DNA from: Anaerolineae bacterium
GTDB lineage: Bacteria; Chloroflexota; Anaerolineae; UBA1429
Length of the DNA stretch: 56,297 nt
Direction: 5' to 3'
NCBI GenBank assembly: GCA_050942995.1
Contig: JBMNOI010000003.1
Coordinates: forward strand, 1-56,297
Both the position numbers and the translations under genes were made by a program. Under the pieces are notes generated by a model. That model saw only the letters and a list, made by a program, of their open reading frames with translations. It was not told the DNA's origin and ran no database searches. This document shows positions 17,600 to 31,909 of this stretch, one piece after another. Each line of letters opens with the position of its first letter. The first letter of the stretch is position 1.

Positions 17600-20500
17600 T
17601 TGGAACTTAATGATATCCAGAGTCTGAGGATCAGTCTGGCGTCGCCGGAACAGATCCGAGCCTGGTCCTATGGAGAGGTGACCAAGCCCGAGACGATCAA
17701 CTATCGTCGTCTCCGTCCCGAAAAAGACGGCCTGTTCTGTGAGGCGATTTTCGGCCCGACGAAGGACTGGCAGTGCTACTGTGGCAAGTATAAAAAAGTT
17801 CGTTTTCGGGGCATCATCTGCGACAAGTGCGGCGTAGAGGTCACCCATTCGCGGGTGCGGCGTGAGCGCATGGGCCACATCGAGCTGGCCACACCCATCG
17901 CTCATATCTGGTATACCCGCCGTTCGCCCAGCTATCTCGGCCTCTTGCTCAATATCTCGCAGAGGAATCTGGATCGCGTGCTGTACTATGCCCAGTACGT
18001 AATTACGTATGTGGACGAGGCCGCGCGCGAGCGGGCGTTGAACCGCCTTGAAGAGGAAATGAATCGCGAGATCGCCCGACTCACCCGGGATCAGCGGGAG
18101 GAGATCGAGTCGATCGATGCCGAGATGGCCGAACGGGCCCGCGCCTCGGCGGAAAAAGAGTCCGAGGTCGGCGACGAGATTCAGCGGCGTCGCGATGAGG
18201 CCATCGAAGCGGTGATGAGCGAGGCCACACGCCTGCGCGAGCTGCTGGATCAAAACCGCGATCAGCCGGCGCCTGAGGATATCGTCTTTACTCCGACCGA
18301 TACCATCGTCGTGCCGGCCGGTGACGTCATCCGACGCGAGCATGCAACGTCCTTTAATCAGATCGTACAGGACGAATTGACCCGCCTGGAGGAGCAGTTC
18401 TCCATGGAGCGGGATCGTTTGCTCCAGCCGCTGGATCGTGAGGATGAACTTGCCTCGCGCCAGGCCAGTGAGCGGCAGCAAAGCCTCCAGAACGAGATGG
18501 AGGAAAAGATCGAGCAGATTCGTGAGCGGTTCGAGCAGGAGCGAGAGGAACTACTCTCTCTTCGTCCCAAAGTTCTGCTCAACGAGACCCGCTATCGCGA
18601 GCTGGTCGAAAAGTGGGGACGCGTATTCTCGGCCGGAATGGGCGCCGAGGCCGTCTATGACATCATCGCCCAGATCGATCTGGACGAGATGGCCGCGGAG
18701 CTCCGTCAGGAGATTCGCTCCACCCGCTCGAAGCAGCGCCGCAAAAAGGCCATCAAGCGGCTGCAGCTGGTCGATTCGCTCAAGAAATCGGGTAACCGCC
18801 CCGAGTGGATGATCCTCAAGGTTCTGCCGGTGATTCCGCCGGCGCTGCGCCCCATGGTGCAGCTCGACGGTGGCCGTTTCGCCACCAGCGACCTGAACGA
18901 TCTCTACCGTCGGGTGGTCAACCGCAACAACCGCCTCAAGCACCTCATCAGCCTGCAGGCTCCTGAGGTGATCATCCGCAACGAAAAGCGCATGTTGCAG
19001 GAGGCGGTAGACTCGCTGGTCGACAACAGCCGACGCGGCAAGGCGATCTCGCTGCGCGGTCGTCGCCAGCTCAAGTCGCTTTCGGATATGCTCAAGGGCA
19101 AGCAGGGACGCTTCCGGCGCAACCTGCTGGGCAAGCGCGTGGATTATTCCGGGCGCTCGGTGATTGTGGTGGGCCCGCACCTCAAGTTGCATCAGTGTGG
19201 TCTGCCCAAGCGCATGGCCCTGGAGCTGTTCCGACCATTTGTTATGCAAAAGCTGGTCGAGTACAACCACGCCATCAACGTCAAGGGAGCCAAGCGCCTC
19301 ATCGAGCGCGAGGTGCCGGAGGTGTGGGAAGTGCTGGAGGAGGTCATCAAGACCCGTCCGGTGCTGCTGAACCGCGCCCCCACCTTGCACCGCCTGGGTA
19401 TTCAGGCGTTCGAACCGGTGCTGGTAGAGGGTAGCGCGTTGCAGATTCACCCGCTGGTGTGCTCGGCATTTAACGCCGACTTTGACGGGGACCAGATGGC
19501 CGTGCACGTACCTCTCTCTGAGGCGGCCGTACGTGAGGCCCGGGAGCTGATGCTGGCCAGCCGTAACCTGCTGCGCCCGGCAAACGGCGAGCCCGAAGTG
19601 GGCCCGTCCAAGGATATCGTACTCGGATGCTACTATCTGACCATGGAGCAGCCGGACGTCAAGGGCTCGGGCATGATGTTCTCTTCGTTCGAAGAGGTCG
19701 AAATGGCCTATCGCCTGGGCGTGGTGCATGTCCATGCTGCGATCAAGTTCCTGTATCAGCCGACGGAGGAGGACGATCCTCAGGTGCTAGATACGACGGT
19801 GGGGCGTGTGCTCTTTAACACCATCCTGCCGAAAGAACTGCGCTTTGTAAATCAGGTGCTGGACAAGAGCAGCCTGAAAAAGCTGGTGGCCGACGGATAC
19901 CAGAAGCTGGGCCTAGACGGCACCGCCCGCCTGGTGGATGCCATCAAGGATATCGGCTTTGAGTATGCCATGCGCTCCGGCACAACCATCGCTATCGACG
20001 ATATTCGTGTGCCCGAGGAAAAGGCCGCCATCCTGGAAGAGGTTAACGCGCGAGTGGCTGAGGTCGAGCGGCAGTATCGCCGGGGCCTCATCACCGATAA
20101 CGAGCGTTACGTCAAGACAGTCGAGTTGTGGACCGAGGCCACCGAGGAAGTGACGGCGGCTGTGGCCCGCGAACTTGATCCGTACAGCTCGCTGGGCATC
20201 ATGGTGAGCTCTGGCTCGACCAAGGGTGGCCTGCAGCCCATCCGCCAGTTGGCCGGTATGCGTGGTCTGATGGCCGACCCGTCGGGTCGCATCATCGCAC
20301 TGCCCATCCAGTCCAACTTCCGCGAGGGACTTACGGCGCTGGAGTACTTTATCTCCACCCACGGTGCGCGCAAGGGTCTGGCCGATACGGCTCTGCGTAC
20401 GGCCGACGCCGGTTACCTCACGCGGCGCCTGGTCGATGTCGCCCAAGATGTCATCGTCAATGCCGAGGATTGCGGCACGATCCAGGGCATCTTGGTAACC

Positions 20501-21955
20501 AAAGCCGATGCGCGTGAGGCCGGTGAGCCCTTTGCCGATCGTATCGCCGGGCGCTTTACCGCCAGTCAGGTAGAGGACCCGGAGACGCACGAGCTCTTGC
20601 TGGATGCTAACGAGCTGATCGAAGACGAGATGGCCGAGCGGATCGAGGCCAACGCCAAAATCAAAGAGATATATGTCCGCTCACCGCTCTCTTGCGCGTT
20701 GCGCCATGGCGTCTGTGTGCGCTGCTATGGCCGCGATCTGGCCAGAGGCACTCTGGTCAATATCGGTGAGGCCGTCGGCATCATTGCCGCACAGTCGATC
20801 GGTGAGCCCGGCACCCAGCTTACACTGCGAACCTTCCACACCGGTGGTGTGGCCGGCACCAGCGACATCACGCAGGGTCTGCCGCGCGTACAAGAGTTGT
20901 TCGAGGCGCGGATCCCCAAGGGGCAGGCCATCATCGCCGATATCGACGGAGTCGTCGAGCTGCGGTCCGAGGGCGATCAGCGTTGGGTGCGTATCGTGTC
21001 GACCGACACCTCGCGCCTGGAGCATCAGATCCCGGAGGGGTATACCCTTCAGGTCGAAGAGGGCCAGGAGGTCGATGAGGGTCAGCTTCTGGCCACCGGG
21101 GATGGAAGCAACGGGCACGAGCCGGAGATTCTGTCCAAGGGATCGGGCAGGGTCAGTATCACGGATAATACTATCGTTGTCCTGCACGAAGAGCGTCAGG
21201 AGCGGGAATACGAGATTCCCATCACGGCGCGCCTGAGTGTCGTCAGCGGAATGCCCGTCCGCGCGGGCGATCTGATCACCGAAGGGTCCAAGAACCCGCA
21301 CGAGATCCTGTCCATTCTGGGCGTAGAGGCCGTGCGTGACTATCTGGTCGTCGAGATCCAAAAGGTTTATCGCTCGCAGGGTGTGGCGATCAACGACAAG
21401 CACATCGAAGTCATTATTCGACAGATGCTGCGTCGCGTCCTCATCCGGACCAGTGGCGATACCGAGTTTCTGCCCGACCAGCTGGTGGATCGCCTCGAAC
21501 TGGAGCAGATCAACGAGCAGGTGATCAAGGAGGGCGGCGAGCCCGCAACGGCAGAGCCCGTCATCCTGGGTATCACCAAAGCGGCGTTGAACACCGATAG
21601 CTTCTTGTCGGCCGCTTCGTTCCAGCACACCATCAGCGTACTGGCAAGCGCCGCCATCGAGGGCCGCACCGACGAGCTGCGCGGCCTGAAGGAAAGCGTT
21701 TTGATCGGCAAGCTGATTCCTGCCGGAACGGGATTCCGTTCCGACGGGGTCAAGTCGAACGGCGAAACGCCCGAGATCGAAGAGCCCGGCTATGAGGATC
21801 TGACCGAGGATCTTCTGGCAAGTTTCGACGATGGGCTCTTTGGAGAGGATACCGAGTCTGAACTGAAAGCGTTGGATGCCGAGTTTCTTGCCCGGACAGA
21901 ATCAGAGGCAGAAGCATCTGACGCGGATGTAGTGGATCAGACCGCTGAGGGATGA
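17600..21955 (+). CDS. rpoC: DNA-directed RNA polymerase subunit beta'
   Basis: KPETINYR, N-terminal Zn finger, [12 protein letters not shown], catalytic [23 protein letters not shown]; TTG start behind AGGAGG. Confidence 0.99.
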   Translation: MELNDIQSLRISLASPEQIRAWSYGEVTKPETINYRRLRPEKDGLFCEAIFGPTKDWQCYCGKYKKVRFRGIICDKCGVEVTHSRVRRERMGHIELATPIAHIWYTRRSPSYLGLLLNISQRNLDRVLYYAQYVITYVDEAARERALNRLEEEMNREIARLTRDQREEIESIDAEMAERARASAEKESEVGDEIQRRRDEAIEAVMSEATRLRELLDQNRDQPAPEDIVFTPTDTIVVPAGDVIRREHATSFNQIVQDELTRLEEQFSMERDRLLQPLDREDELASRQASERQQSLQNEMEEKIEQIRERFEQEREELLSLRPKVLLNETRYRELVEKWGRVFSAGMGAEAVYDIIAQIDLDEMAAELRQEIRSTRSKQRRKKAIKRLQLVDSLKKSGNRPEWMILKVLPVIPPALRPMVQLDGGRFATSDLNDLYRRVVNRNNRLKHLISLQAPEVIIRNEKRMLQEAVDSLVDNSRRGKAISLRGRRQLKSLSDMLKGKQGRFRRNLLGKRVDYSGRSVIVVGPHLKLHQCGLPKRMALELFRPFVMQKLVEYNHAINVKGAKRLIEREVPEVWEVLEEVIKTRPVLLNRAPTLHRLGIQAFEPVLVEGSALQIHPLVCSAFNADFDGDQMAVHVPLSEAAVREARELMLASRNLLRPANGEPEVGPSKDIVLGCYYLTMEQPDVKGSGMMFSSFEEVEMAYRLGVVHVHAAIKFLYQPTEEDDPQVLDTTVGRVLFNTILPKELRFVNQVLDKSSLKKLVADGYQKLGLDGTARLVDAIKDIGFEYAMRSGTTIAIDDIRVPEEKAAILEEVNARVAEVERQYRRGLITDNERYVKTVELWTEATEEVTAAVARELDPYSSLGIMVSSGSTKGGLQPIRQLAGMRGLMADPSGRIIALPIQSNFREGLTALEYFISTHGARKGLADTALRTADAGYLTRRLVDVAQDVIVNAEDCGTIQGILVTKADAREAGEPFADRIAGRFTASQVEDPETHELLLDANELIEDEMAERIEANAKIKEIYVRSPLSCALRHGVCVRCYGRDLARGTLVNIGEAVGIIAAQSIGEPGTQLTLRTFHTGGVAGTSDITQGLPRVQELFEARIPKGQAIIADIDGVVELRSEGDQRWVRIVSTDTSRLEHQIPEGYTLQVEEGQEVDEGQLLATGDGSNGHEPEILSKGSGRVSITDNTIVVLHEERQEREYEIPITARLSVVSGMPVRAGDLITEGSKNPHEILSILGVEAVRDYLVVEIQKVYRSQGVAINDKHIEVIIRQMLRRVLIRTSGDTEFLPDQLVDRLELEQINEQVIKEGGEPATAEPVILGITKAALNTDSFLSAASFQHTISVLASAAIEGRTDELRGLKESVLIGKLIPAGTGFRSDGVKSNGETPEIEEPGYEDLTEDLLASFDDGLFGEDTESELKALDAEFLARTESEAEASDADVVDQTAEG

Positions 21956-24834
21956 CCATGAATCTCGCCCTGATTAGACGTCAGAGGCGGCCACAACGGC
22001 GAAGTGGAGGGCTCCTCGCCCTCCGCTTCGCTGTTGTTTTCGTTTCGGCCGGCCTCTTTTTGGCGCTAGGCGCCATGTTGTCAGTCGCCGTAGTGGTTTT
22101 TGGCCTGTACGCTTCCTATGTACAGGAATTGCCCTCGGCCGAAGAGATCGGCCGACTGAGCGTCGAAACCTTTGAGACGACCCGTATCTATGACCGTACC
22201 GGACAGGTTGTTCTGTACGAGATCATCCCTCCTGAGGGAGGGCGACGTACCTGGGTGACGCTCGACCAAATCCCCGAGCATCTGCGCAACGCCACCATCG
22301 CCATGGAGGACAAGACCTTTTACACCAACCCCGGCGGTATTAACGTCGAGGGTGTGGCCCGTGCGGCCTGGGGTGTGATCCGTGGGCAGGATGAGGGAGG
22401 CGGTAGCTCGATCCCGCAACAGCTTATCCGTAACGTGATCATGTCTCCCGAAGAGCGCATGGAGCGCAGCTATCTGCGCAAGCTCAAGGAGATGATCCTC
22501 TCCTACGAGCTGACCCGGCGCTACCCCGGAGTCGAGGGACGCGACAAGATCCTGGAGTGGTACCTCAACAACATCTTTTACGGCCATTTCGCCTTTGGTG
22601 TCGAGGCCGCATCACAGGCCTACTTTGGCAAGAGCGTCGAGGACCTGACGCTGGCCGAGGCAGCCATGATCGTCCCACTGGGACAATCTCCGGCGCGAAA
22701 TCCCATCGATCAGCCCGAAGAGGCCAAGCGATATCAGGGGATGGTCCTGGATCGCATGTACATCGAGGGATACATCACCGCCGAAGAGGCCTGGGAAGCC
22801 AAGCAGCAGGAACTCCAGATCGCGCCCGTTCGTTTCGATATTCAGGCGCCTCATTTCGTGATGTATGTGCGCGACATTCTGGAAAAGCAATACGGCTCTG
22901 ATGCGGTGTATGGGGGTGGTCTGCAAGTTATCACATCCATCGACCTGGAGCTTCATAAGCAGGTGGAGCAGATCGCCCGTGAACGCATCGCAGAGGTGCG
23001 CGACAACCATAACGCCGGAAATGCCGCAGTCGTCGTGCTGGAGGCCCCCACTGGCCAGATTCTCTCCATGGTGGGGAGCCTGGATTACTGGGACCAGTCC
23101 ATCGACGGCCAGGTGAACATGGCCACATCGCCACGCCAGCCCGGATCCAGTTTCAAGCCGTTTACCTATGCCACGGCATTCATGCACGGCTTTACTCCGG
23201 CCAGCATGGTGATGGATGTGCGTACCAGCTTCCCGGACTTGCCCAACCCCGAGCCCTATGTGCCCGAGAACTATACCCGACGCTTTTCCGGCCCCATGAC
23301 GCTGCGGCAGGCGCTGGCCGGATCGTACAACGTGCCGGCAGTGGCCATGATGCACAAGGTAGGGGTGTCTCGCGTGGTCGATACGGCCCGGGCGATGGGC
23401 ATTACAACGTTGAACCAGCCCTACTACGGCCTGGCTCTGGCACTGGGCGCGGCCGAAGTGCCCTTGATCGATATGACCCACGCGTTCAATGTCTTTGCCA
23501 ATAACGGCACCATGGTCGGTGAGTTGACGCCGGCCGAGAATGTACGTCCCGGCAATCGCCGCATCGATCCGGTGGCGATCCTCAAAGTCACCGACTCGCG
23601 AGGCAATGTTTTGTACGAGTTCAAGGAACCCCAGCGACAGAGCATCATCCCCGCTGAGGTGGCCTATCTGATCTCGGACATTCTCTCCGATAATCAGGCG
23701 CGTACCCCCATCTTTGGGGCCAACAGTAATATGCGCATCGATGAACGGCCCGTCGCAGTCAAAACCGGCACAACGAACGACTTTCATGACGCCTGGACGG
23801 TGGGATACTCTCCCCAGTACGCGGTCGGTGTGTGGGTGGGGAATAGCGATCATACCCGCATGCGCAACGCCGACGGCTCACGAGTCGCAGCGCCTATCTG
23901 GCGCGATGTCATACGCCTGGTACATGACGGCAAACCGGTGGTGAATTTCGAGCAACCGGCCGGTATCGTCACCGCCGTCGTCGACGGCACATCGGGCAAG
24001 CTGCCCACCGAGCACTCGCAATGGCGCATGCAAGAGATCTTTATCGAGGGGACGGTTCCCTCGGAATACGACGATGTGCACCAGCACTTCCAGATCTGCC
24101 GTGCGTCGGGCAAGCTGGCCACTAACTACTGCCCTCTGGAAGAGGTAGAGGATCAAGTCTTTACCATCTATCCGCCCGAGGCTGAAGACTGGGTGCGCTC
24201 GCAAGAGATCCCCCAGCCGCCGCAGGATTACTGTGACCTGCACGGTCCCGAGATCGAGTACTCGGAGGTATCCATCATCAGCCCGCGGCACTACTCGAAT
24301 GTGCGTGGCGTGGTGCCCGTGATCGGAAATGCCGATGTGGAAGGGCAGCAGAGCTTTTGGCTGGAGTACGGTGAGGGGATGAACCCCGAGTCATGGACCC
24401 GCATCGGCCCCGAGCATGGACATCGGGTGAATAACGACGTGCTGGAGCACTGGGATACCAGTGGCCTTAACGGCCTCTACACCCTGCAGATCTCGGTGAT
24501 GGAGGGGGGCTATCTGCGCCAGTCACTGGTGCCGGTGGTCGTGGATAACGAGGCGCCGAGGGTGCAGATCGTCGCGCCGGTACAGGGACAACGAGTGACC
24601 ACCCAGGATGAGTGGATCAGCATCCAGGTAAACGCCGAAGATAACACATCCATGAGTCGTGTCGAGTTCTTCCTGGACGATCAATCGCTGGGCTACAGCA
24701 CCGTGGCACCCTATACCCACCGTATTCCGATCCGTGAGGTGCCGGGCGGTGAACACCGCATCCGTGTGGTTGCCTATGATACGGCCGGGAACGAGGCGCA
24801 CAGCGATAGCGTCACCGTCCAGGTCGCACGCTAG
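21952..24834 (+). CDS. Class A penicillin-binding protein (transglycosylase-transpeptidase) with C-terminal Ig-like domains
   Basis: [15 protein letters not shown] and RKLKE glycosyltransferase motifs; SSFK, SYN and KTGTT transpeptidase motifs; single N-terminal TM. Confidence 0.92.
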   Translation: MTMNLALIRRQRRPQRRSGGLLALRFAVVFVSAGLFLALGAMLSVAVVVFGLYASYVQELPSAEEIGRLSVETFETTRIYDRTGQVVLYEIIPPEGGRRTWVTLDQIPEHLRNATIAMEDKTFYTNPGGINVEGVARAAWGVIRGQDEGGGSSIPQQLIRNVIMSPEERMERSYLRKLKEMILSYELTRRYPGVEGRDKILEWYLNNIFYGHFAFGVEAASQAYFGKSVEDLTLAEAAMIVPLGQSPARNPIDQPEEAKRYQGMVLDRMYIEGYITAEEAWEAKQQELQIAPVRFDIQAPHFVMYVRDILEKQYGSDAVYGGGLQVITSIDLELHKQVEQIARERIAEVRDNHNAGNAAVVVLEAPTGQILSMVGSLDYWDQSIDGQVNMATSPRQPGSSFKPFTYATAFMHGFTPASMVMDVRTSFPDLPNPEPYVPENYTRRFSGPMTLRQALAGSYNVPAVAMMHKVGVSRVVDTARAMGITTLNQPYYGLALALGAAEVPLIDMTHAFNVFANNGTMVGELTPAENVRPGNRRIDPVAILKVTDSRGNVLYEFKEPQRQSIIPAEVAYLISDILSDNQARTPIFGANSNMRIDERPVAVKTGTTNDFHDAWTVGYSPQYAVGVWVGNSDHTRMRNADGSRVAAPIWRDVIRLVHDGKPVVNFEQPAGIVTAVVDGTSGKLPTEHSQWRMQEIFIEGTVPSEYDDVHQHFQICRASGKLATNYCPLEEVEDQVFTIYPPEAEDWVRSQEIPQPPQDYCDLHGPEIEYSEVSIISPRHYSNVRGVVPVIGNADVEGQQSFWLEYGEGMNPESWTRIGPEHGHRVNNDVLEHWDTSGLNGLYTLQISVMEGGYLRQSLVPVVVDNEAPRVQIVAPVQGQRVTTQDEWISIQVNAEDNTSMSRVEFFLDDQSLGYSTVAPYTHRIPIREVPGGEHRIRVVAYDTAGNEAHSDSVTVQVAR

Positions 24835-24858
24835 CGCCGAATCAGTCCGCTTGATCAG

Positions 24859-24890
24859 AAACGCCCCGGAAGAGTTTCTCCGGGGCGTTT
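24859..24890. terminator. Bidirectional terminator between convergent genes
   Basis: AAACGCCCCGGA/TCCGGGGCGTTT inverted repeat. Confidence 0.7.
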
Positions 24891-24921
24891 GACGTATCCA
24901 GTTCGGCGTCGAGAAGACCTC

Positions 24922-25299
24922 TCAGCGATTCAGCTCACGTAGATGATCGTCAGACAGGCCAAAGTGATGGGCGACCTCGTGCACGATCGTATCTCGAATG
25001 AGTTCGACCAGGTGCGACCGGCTACCGGCGTGCCGCTCCAGCGGTCTTTGAAAGAGGGTGATACGATCGGGAGGCGTCAGATAGTAGCCACGGCCGCGCC
25101 TTGTCAGAGGGATGCCCTCATACAGGCCCAGCAGGCTGCCCCGATGCCTCGCCCCCACCGAATCGAGTTGCTCGCGCGACGGCCAGAGCGCCAGCGTGAC
25201 GGCCACATTGTTCATATGCTCGCGCACCCAATCGGGCAACTCATCCAGCGCAAGAGAGACCATCTTTTCGAATTCGTCCCGATCCAAACGCAAAGGCAT
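24922..25299 (-). CDS. Zincin-like metallopeptidase family protein (DUF1025-like)
   Basis: LLGLYEG.PL, PDRITLF, HEVAHHFG; start set at ATG 25299. Confidence 0.85.
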   Translation of the reverse strand: MPLRLDRDEFEKMVSLALDELPDWVREHMNNVAVTLALWPSREQLDSVGARHRGSLLGLYEGIPLTRRGRGYYLTPPDRITLFQRPLERHAGSRSHLVELIRDTIVHEVAHHFGLSDDHLRELNR

Positions 25300-25313
25300 A
25301 TCACCACTCAATC

Positions 25314-27080
25314 TCAACGGTCGGGCGGTTCCGGCTCGGGAACAACCACCAGGGTGTTTTCGTGGGTATAAGTGACCATACCGGGGCGCCCCCCGGGGAT
25401 ATGACGCACATGCCGCCGCTCGGTAAAATCCACCTGAACCCGCGCCTCCTGACGTGCAGCCGAGTAATAGGCCGCCAATCGAGCGGCCATGAGTAGAGTC
25501 TCTTCAGAGACGGCCGCGCCGCTGTTCTTGATGATGACATGGGCGCCGGGCACGCCATGGGCGTGCAACCAGATATCGTCCGGCGCGGCCCGACGAAAGG
25601 TGACCTCATCGTTTTGTCGGCTGTTGCGCCCCACCAGTATCGTGGTGCCATCGGGCCCCTGCAGAATCGACGGCCCCCCCGCATCGCCAGAGCGCGCCGG
25701 TTTGCGTCCCGCCTTTTTGCCGGAAGAGATATAGCCGGCCTCTTGTAGAGAGGCCTCCACCTCATCCAGTTGAGCCCGATTCTCTGCCAGCGTCACCTCG
25801 GTATCGAGCTGGCGCAGATATTCCAGATCCATCTCACTCTGGCGAATAAGCGATGGCACCTGCTCGGCCGCCGCCTTGCGCTTTTGATACTCGCGAAAGT
25901 AACGCTGCGCGTTCTCTGCCGGTGTCAACGACGGATCCAGATCGATGTGCCAGGTTTTGCCGTCGGCCTCCTCACCCAGCTCGTCAGGTCCGGCGACCAG
26001 CTCGCGCTGGCCCGGAGCAATCGCCCAGGCCATGGCCAGCACCGCCCGCCCGCGTCGCTGCAGGTCCTCCAGCTCATCTGCCGGCACTACCCCCTGTCGA
26101 AGCGAGGCCAGTCGACCCTCCTGGCGTTTGATCTGCTCGGCGATCATACCGCGCAACCGCCGCCGAACCTGAGCATAGGCATCCATCCCCTGGCGCCCCT
26201 CCTGCACCCGGCGGATGGCGGAGCTGATGCCCTCCACCTCGGGCTCGCGATCGGGCAGGTGGGTGAGGTCATAGGCGGCATAGGCCACCGCCCGCCGTTT
26301 GCCCTCGCGTACCTCGTAGGCCACCGTCGGCGACCATCCATGTGTCTCGGGCAGATGCATCATATCGACCAGCGTCGTCACCAGGCGAGACAACGCCCCG
26401 TCATCGAGCGACCCATCGGGTTCGACGGTCCCCAGCGCGCGATAGACGATCTCACGGGCGAGCAGAGGGCTGATGCCGGCGACGCCATCCACCAGAATGC
26501 GCCAGAGGGGGCGGTCGCCGCGTCCCTCTGACTCGCTCGCGGCCAGAATCTCACGCAGGCGCGCCGGGGTCAGCAGCAGCGGATTTTCTTTCGCCTGAGG
26601 TGGCGGCGGCACATAGGATTGGCGCGGCAGAACGGTGCGATAGCGGTTAACGCTGGACGGAACGCGCTTGGCGGCATCCATCACCGTCCCATCCTCCGCC
26701 AGCAGGATGATATTGCTCAAGCGCCCTATAATCTCACAGACCAGCGTCACCGTGCCCTCCGGCCCGGAGAAGGTCAACCACAGAATCCGCTCCAGATCGG
26801 GCTGTTCCACCGCCTGCAGGCGCGCGCCTTCTACATATTTGCGCAAGAGCAGCGACAACGGAGAGGGCTTTTCGGTGCCACGACGCAGCTTGATGTCGGT
26901 TAGCAGCACCCCCGGCGACTGGGCCTCGGCGTTGAGCAATAGCTGGTATCGTTGCCCGGCGTACACCTCCAGCCCCACCGAGAGATCAGTGGGCCGTACC
27001 ACACGCTGTACCCGGCCACCGGAAAGGGTTTCCGTCAACTCGTCGCGTACGGCGGCCGTCGTCAGGGCGTCATAATACAC
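25314..27080 (-). CDS. rqcH: RqcH/FbpA (NFACT family) ribosome quality control protein
   Basis: ERILWL.F, EIIGRLSNIIL, ENAQRYF, VGRNSRQND, WLHAHGVPGAHV. Confidence 0.88.
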   Translation of the reverse strand: MYYDALTTAAVRDELTETLSGGRVQRVVRPTDLSVGLEVYAGQRYQLLLNAEAQSPGVLLTDIKLRRGTEKPSPLSLLLRKYVEGARLQAVEQPDLERILWLTFSGPEGTVTLVCEIIGRLSNIILLAEDGTVMDAAKRVPSSVNRYRTVLPRQSYVPPPPQAKENPLLLTPARLREILAASESEGRGDRPLWRILVDGVAGISPLLAREIVYRALGTVEPDGSLDDGALSRLVTTLVDMMHLPETHGWSPTVAYEVREGKRRAVAYAAYDLTHLPDREPEVEGISSAIRRVQEGRQGMDAYAQVRRRLRGMIAEQIKRQEGRLASLRQGVVPADELEDLQRRGRAVLAMAWAIAPGQRELVAGPDELGEEADGKTWHIDLDPSLTPAENAQRYFREYQKRKAAAEQVPSLIRQSEMDLEYLRQLDTEVTLAENRAQLDEVEASLQEAGYISSGKKAGRKPARSGDAGGPSILQGPDGTTILVGRNSRQNDEVTFRRAAPDDIWLHAHGVPGAHVIIKNSGAAVSEETLLMAARLAAYYSAARQEARVQVDFTERRHVRHIPGGRPGMVTYTHENTLVVVPEPEPPDR

Positions 27081-27096
27081 CGGATTCCTCCATCAC

Positions 27097-28161
27097 TCAC
27101 TCTTGCATGAACGACGAGATCACCGCCAGTAATCGGGTGGCGTCGTAATCGCCGCGCACACGAATGCGCGGCAACTCGAACATGCGATCTGAGCGTTGAT
27201 CCACGCCGGCCCGAGTCGTCGCTGCCCCCCAGTAATGGGCCGAGTGCAACACCTGAATGGCCTCTGCATCATAGCGGCCCGAGGGATAGCAGAAGAAACG
27301 TACCGGCGTGCCTGTATGAGCCTCTATCGACTCCTTGGGCCCCAGCATCTGCCACACCAGATGCTCTACACTGCGTCCACGCAGATCGTCATGTGTTTTG
27401 CCATGGGCCTGCATCTCCATTCCCGCCGCGGCCATCTCGATCACTTGATCCCACGACATGTAATCGGGATGCCCTTCATCGATCACAGAGGTGATGAGGA
27501 AAAAGGTGCCCGTATAGCCATACTCCTGCAGAATCGGGAAGGCGTTCTCATAGTTATCCCGATAGCCATCGTCGAACGTGATGACGATCGGCTTCTCCGG
27601 AAGCGGGTGCCCGATCTGCAGGGCCAGAGTGAGATCGTGCAGAGAGATGGTCGTATACCCCTGGTCTCGCAACGCGCGCAGATGAGAGGCAAAACGCTCC
27701 GGCGGCACGGAAAGATCCCGGCGAACACTGCCGGCTCCCGGGGGCGGCTCGGAGATATAATGATACATGAGCACCGGCATGCGCAACGTCCGGGCGACGC
27801 CATCGGGCGTAGGTAAGGGAATGGGCTCGGGCGTTGCAGTGGGCGTGGGAGACGGCTCCGCCGTCGGTGAAGGCTGCGGCGTCGGGGTGGCGGTGGCGGT
27901 ACCGGTCGGCATCGCCGTAGGAGACGGTTGTGGCGATTCCGCAAGAGCGGTCGGCGTCGAGCTCGGCTCAGCCGGTATCACCACGGTGGCCTCATCCGGC
28001 ACCCCATCGGCAACGTATCCCGCCGGATGACTGCTCTCCATCTGAAGGATGAGCTCGGAAGGCACGCAACCCGAAACAGCCACCAAAAGGATGGCGGCAA
28101 TGATGAAAGGGATGATAGGAGAACGGTGAGAGTCTTTGGTAGATAATGTTTCGAGCTTCAC
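27097..28161 (-). CDS. Polysaccharide deacetylase (NodB domain), probable lipoprotein with a Pro/Thr linker
   Basis: VLMYH, ITFDDGY, H...H, FCYPSG; VSGC lipobox-like motif. Confidence 0.88.
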   Translation of the reverse strand: MKLETLSTKDSHRSPIIPFIIAAILLVAVSGCVPSELILQMESSHPAGYVADGVPDEATVVIPAEPSSTPTALAESPQPSPTAMPTGTATATPTPQPSPTAEPSPTPTATPEPIPLPTPDGVARTLRMPVLMYHYISEPPPGAGSVRRDLSVPPERFASHLRALRDQGYTTISLHDLTLALQIGHPLPEKPIVITFDDGYRDNYENAFPILQEYGYTGTFFLITSVIDEGHPDYMSWDQVIEMAAAGMEMQAHGKTHDDLRGRSVEHLVWQMLGPKESIEAHTGTPVRFFCYPSGRYDAEAIQVLHSAHYWGAATTRAGVDQRSDRMFELPRIRVRGDYDATRLLAVISSFMQE

Positions 28162-28167
28162 CCGCAG

Positions 28168-28196
28168 ATGATATCGTAACGCCGGTAGCGTGTCAA
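28168..28196 (-). promoter_or_regulatory. Promoter TTGACA-17-TATCAT, probably giving a leaderless deacetylase mRNA
   Basis: The -10 ends 6 nt before the GTG start; no SD. Confidence 0.6.
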
Positions 28197-28228
28197 AATC
28201 AAAGACACTAAAACATCATACGCGCCAT

Positions 28229-28257
28229 TTGACAAAGCCTTCCGTTCACCATATACT
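28229..28257 (+). promoter_or_regulatory. tRNA-Ala operon promoter TTGACA-17-TATACT
   Basis: Motif match 15 nt upstream of the first tRNA. Confidence 0.8.
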
Positions 28258-28272
28258 GTTCGTCGCACTTGG

Positions 28273-28348
28273 GGGGCTGTAGCTCAGCTGGGAGAGCGCA
28301 TCAATCGCACTGATGAGGCCAGGGGTTCGAATCCCCTCAGCTCCACCA
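28273..28348 (+). tRNA. tRNA-Ala (anticodon CGC), CCA encoded
   Basis: GGGGCTG/CAGCTCC acceptor stem with G3:U70; anticodon arm CATCA-AT-CGC-AC-TGATG. Confidence 0.96.
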
Positions 28349-28461
28349 GCAAGATCACTTGCCGGTGAGCCGGTGGTGCCACAGCACCATCATCTACGTA
28401 AGGGGTGCACAAAACGGGGCGGATCCTGTTCGCCGCGTGAGATTCTTGCCAAATGAGATAT

Positions 28462-28535
<74 letters not shown>

Positions 28536-28576
28536 TCTATCACCCCCGCCGTGGATCTCGGCGATCAGGCAAAAAG

Positions 28577-28614
28577 AAAAGCCCTTTCGCCAGTATGGCA
28601 CGAAGGGCTTTTTT
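28577..28614 (+). terminator. Terminator of the tRNA-Ala operon
   Basis: AAAAGCCCTT...AAGGGCTTTTTT. Confidence 0.75.
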
Positions 28615-28788
28615 CGTACAGGGGCGATCGAACAGTCACTCACCTGATTCACTGTACAGGCTCTACCAGAGCCTCATCATGGGATGTGGGGGCTGTCCGC
28701 CGAGGGGGGGCGACATCATCGTCGCGCGGATGGATAGTCCCCAGCCCTCCTTTTTGCCAGCAGATCGCATGGCCGCGGAGGAAGGGAT

Positions 28789-31596
<2,808 letters not shown>

Positions 31597-31617
31597 GTGA
31601 ACGATCGAGCTATCCCT

Positions 31618-31654
31618 GAGCCCCTGCCGGCAAAGTGCTGCAGGGGCTCTTTTT
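31618..31654 (+). terminator. leuS terminator
   Basis: GAGCCCCTGC...GCAGGGGCTC followed by TTTTT. Confidence 0.8.
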
Positions 31655-31909
31655 GCTCTGTATCGCCGTATACAGCGATACGCAAACAGTAAAGGGATGA
31701 TCTATATTATACCGATATTTATATATATGATTAGTTTTAACATTATAACCGATCATACGTCCCGGATATGAGTCTTTGGCATATTGTCATGTATCCACAT
31801 ATATACATCGTAAAATTGCGGCGTCCATATGCATGTGTTATACTGCCGGTATGGTGATGAATCCCCCCGGACGACCTCGCCGGGACCCCAATGAATCAAG
31901 GGGGTTATT

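Noticed and set aside
17402-21753. Long minus-strand ORFs antisense to rpoC, and similar shadow ORFs over the PBP, leuS, xseA, etfA and DegT genes
   Set aside because: Typical antisense shadows in GC-rich DNA with no recognisable motifs; the opposite strand holds a clear conserved gene.
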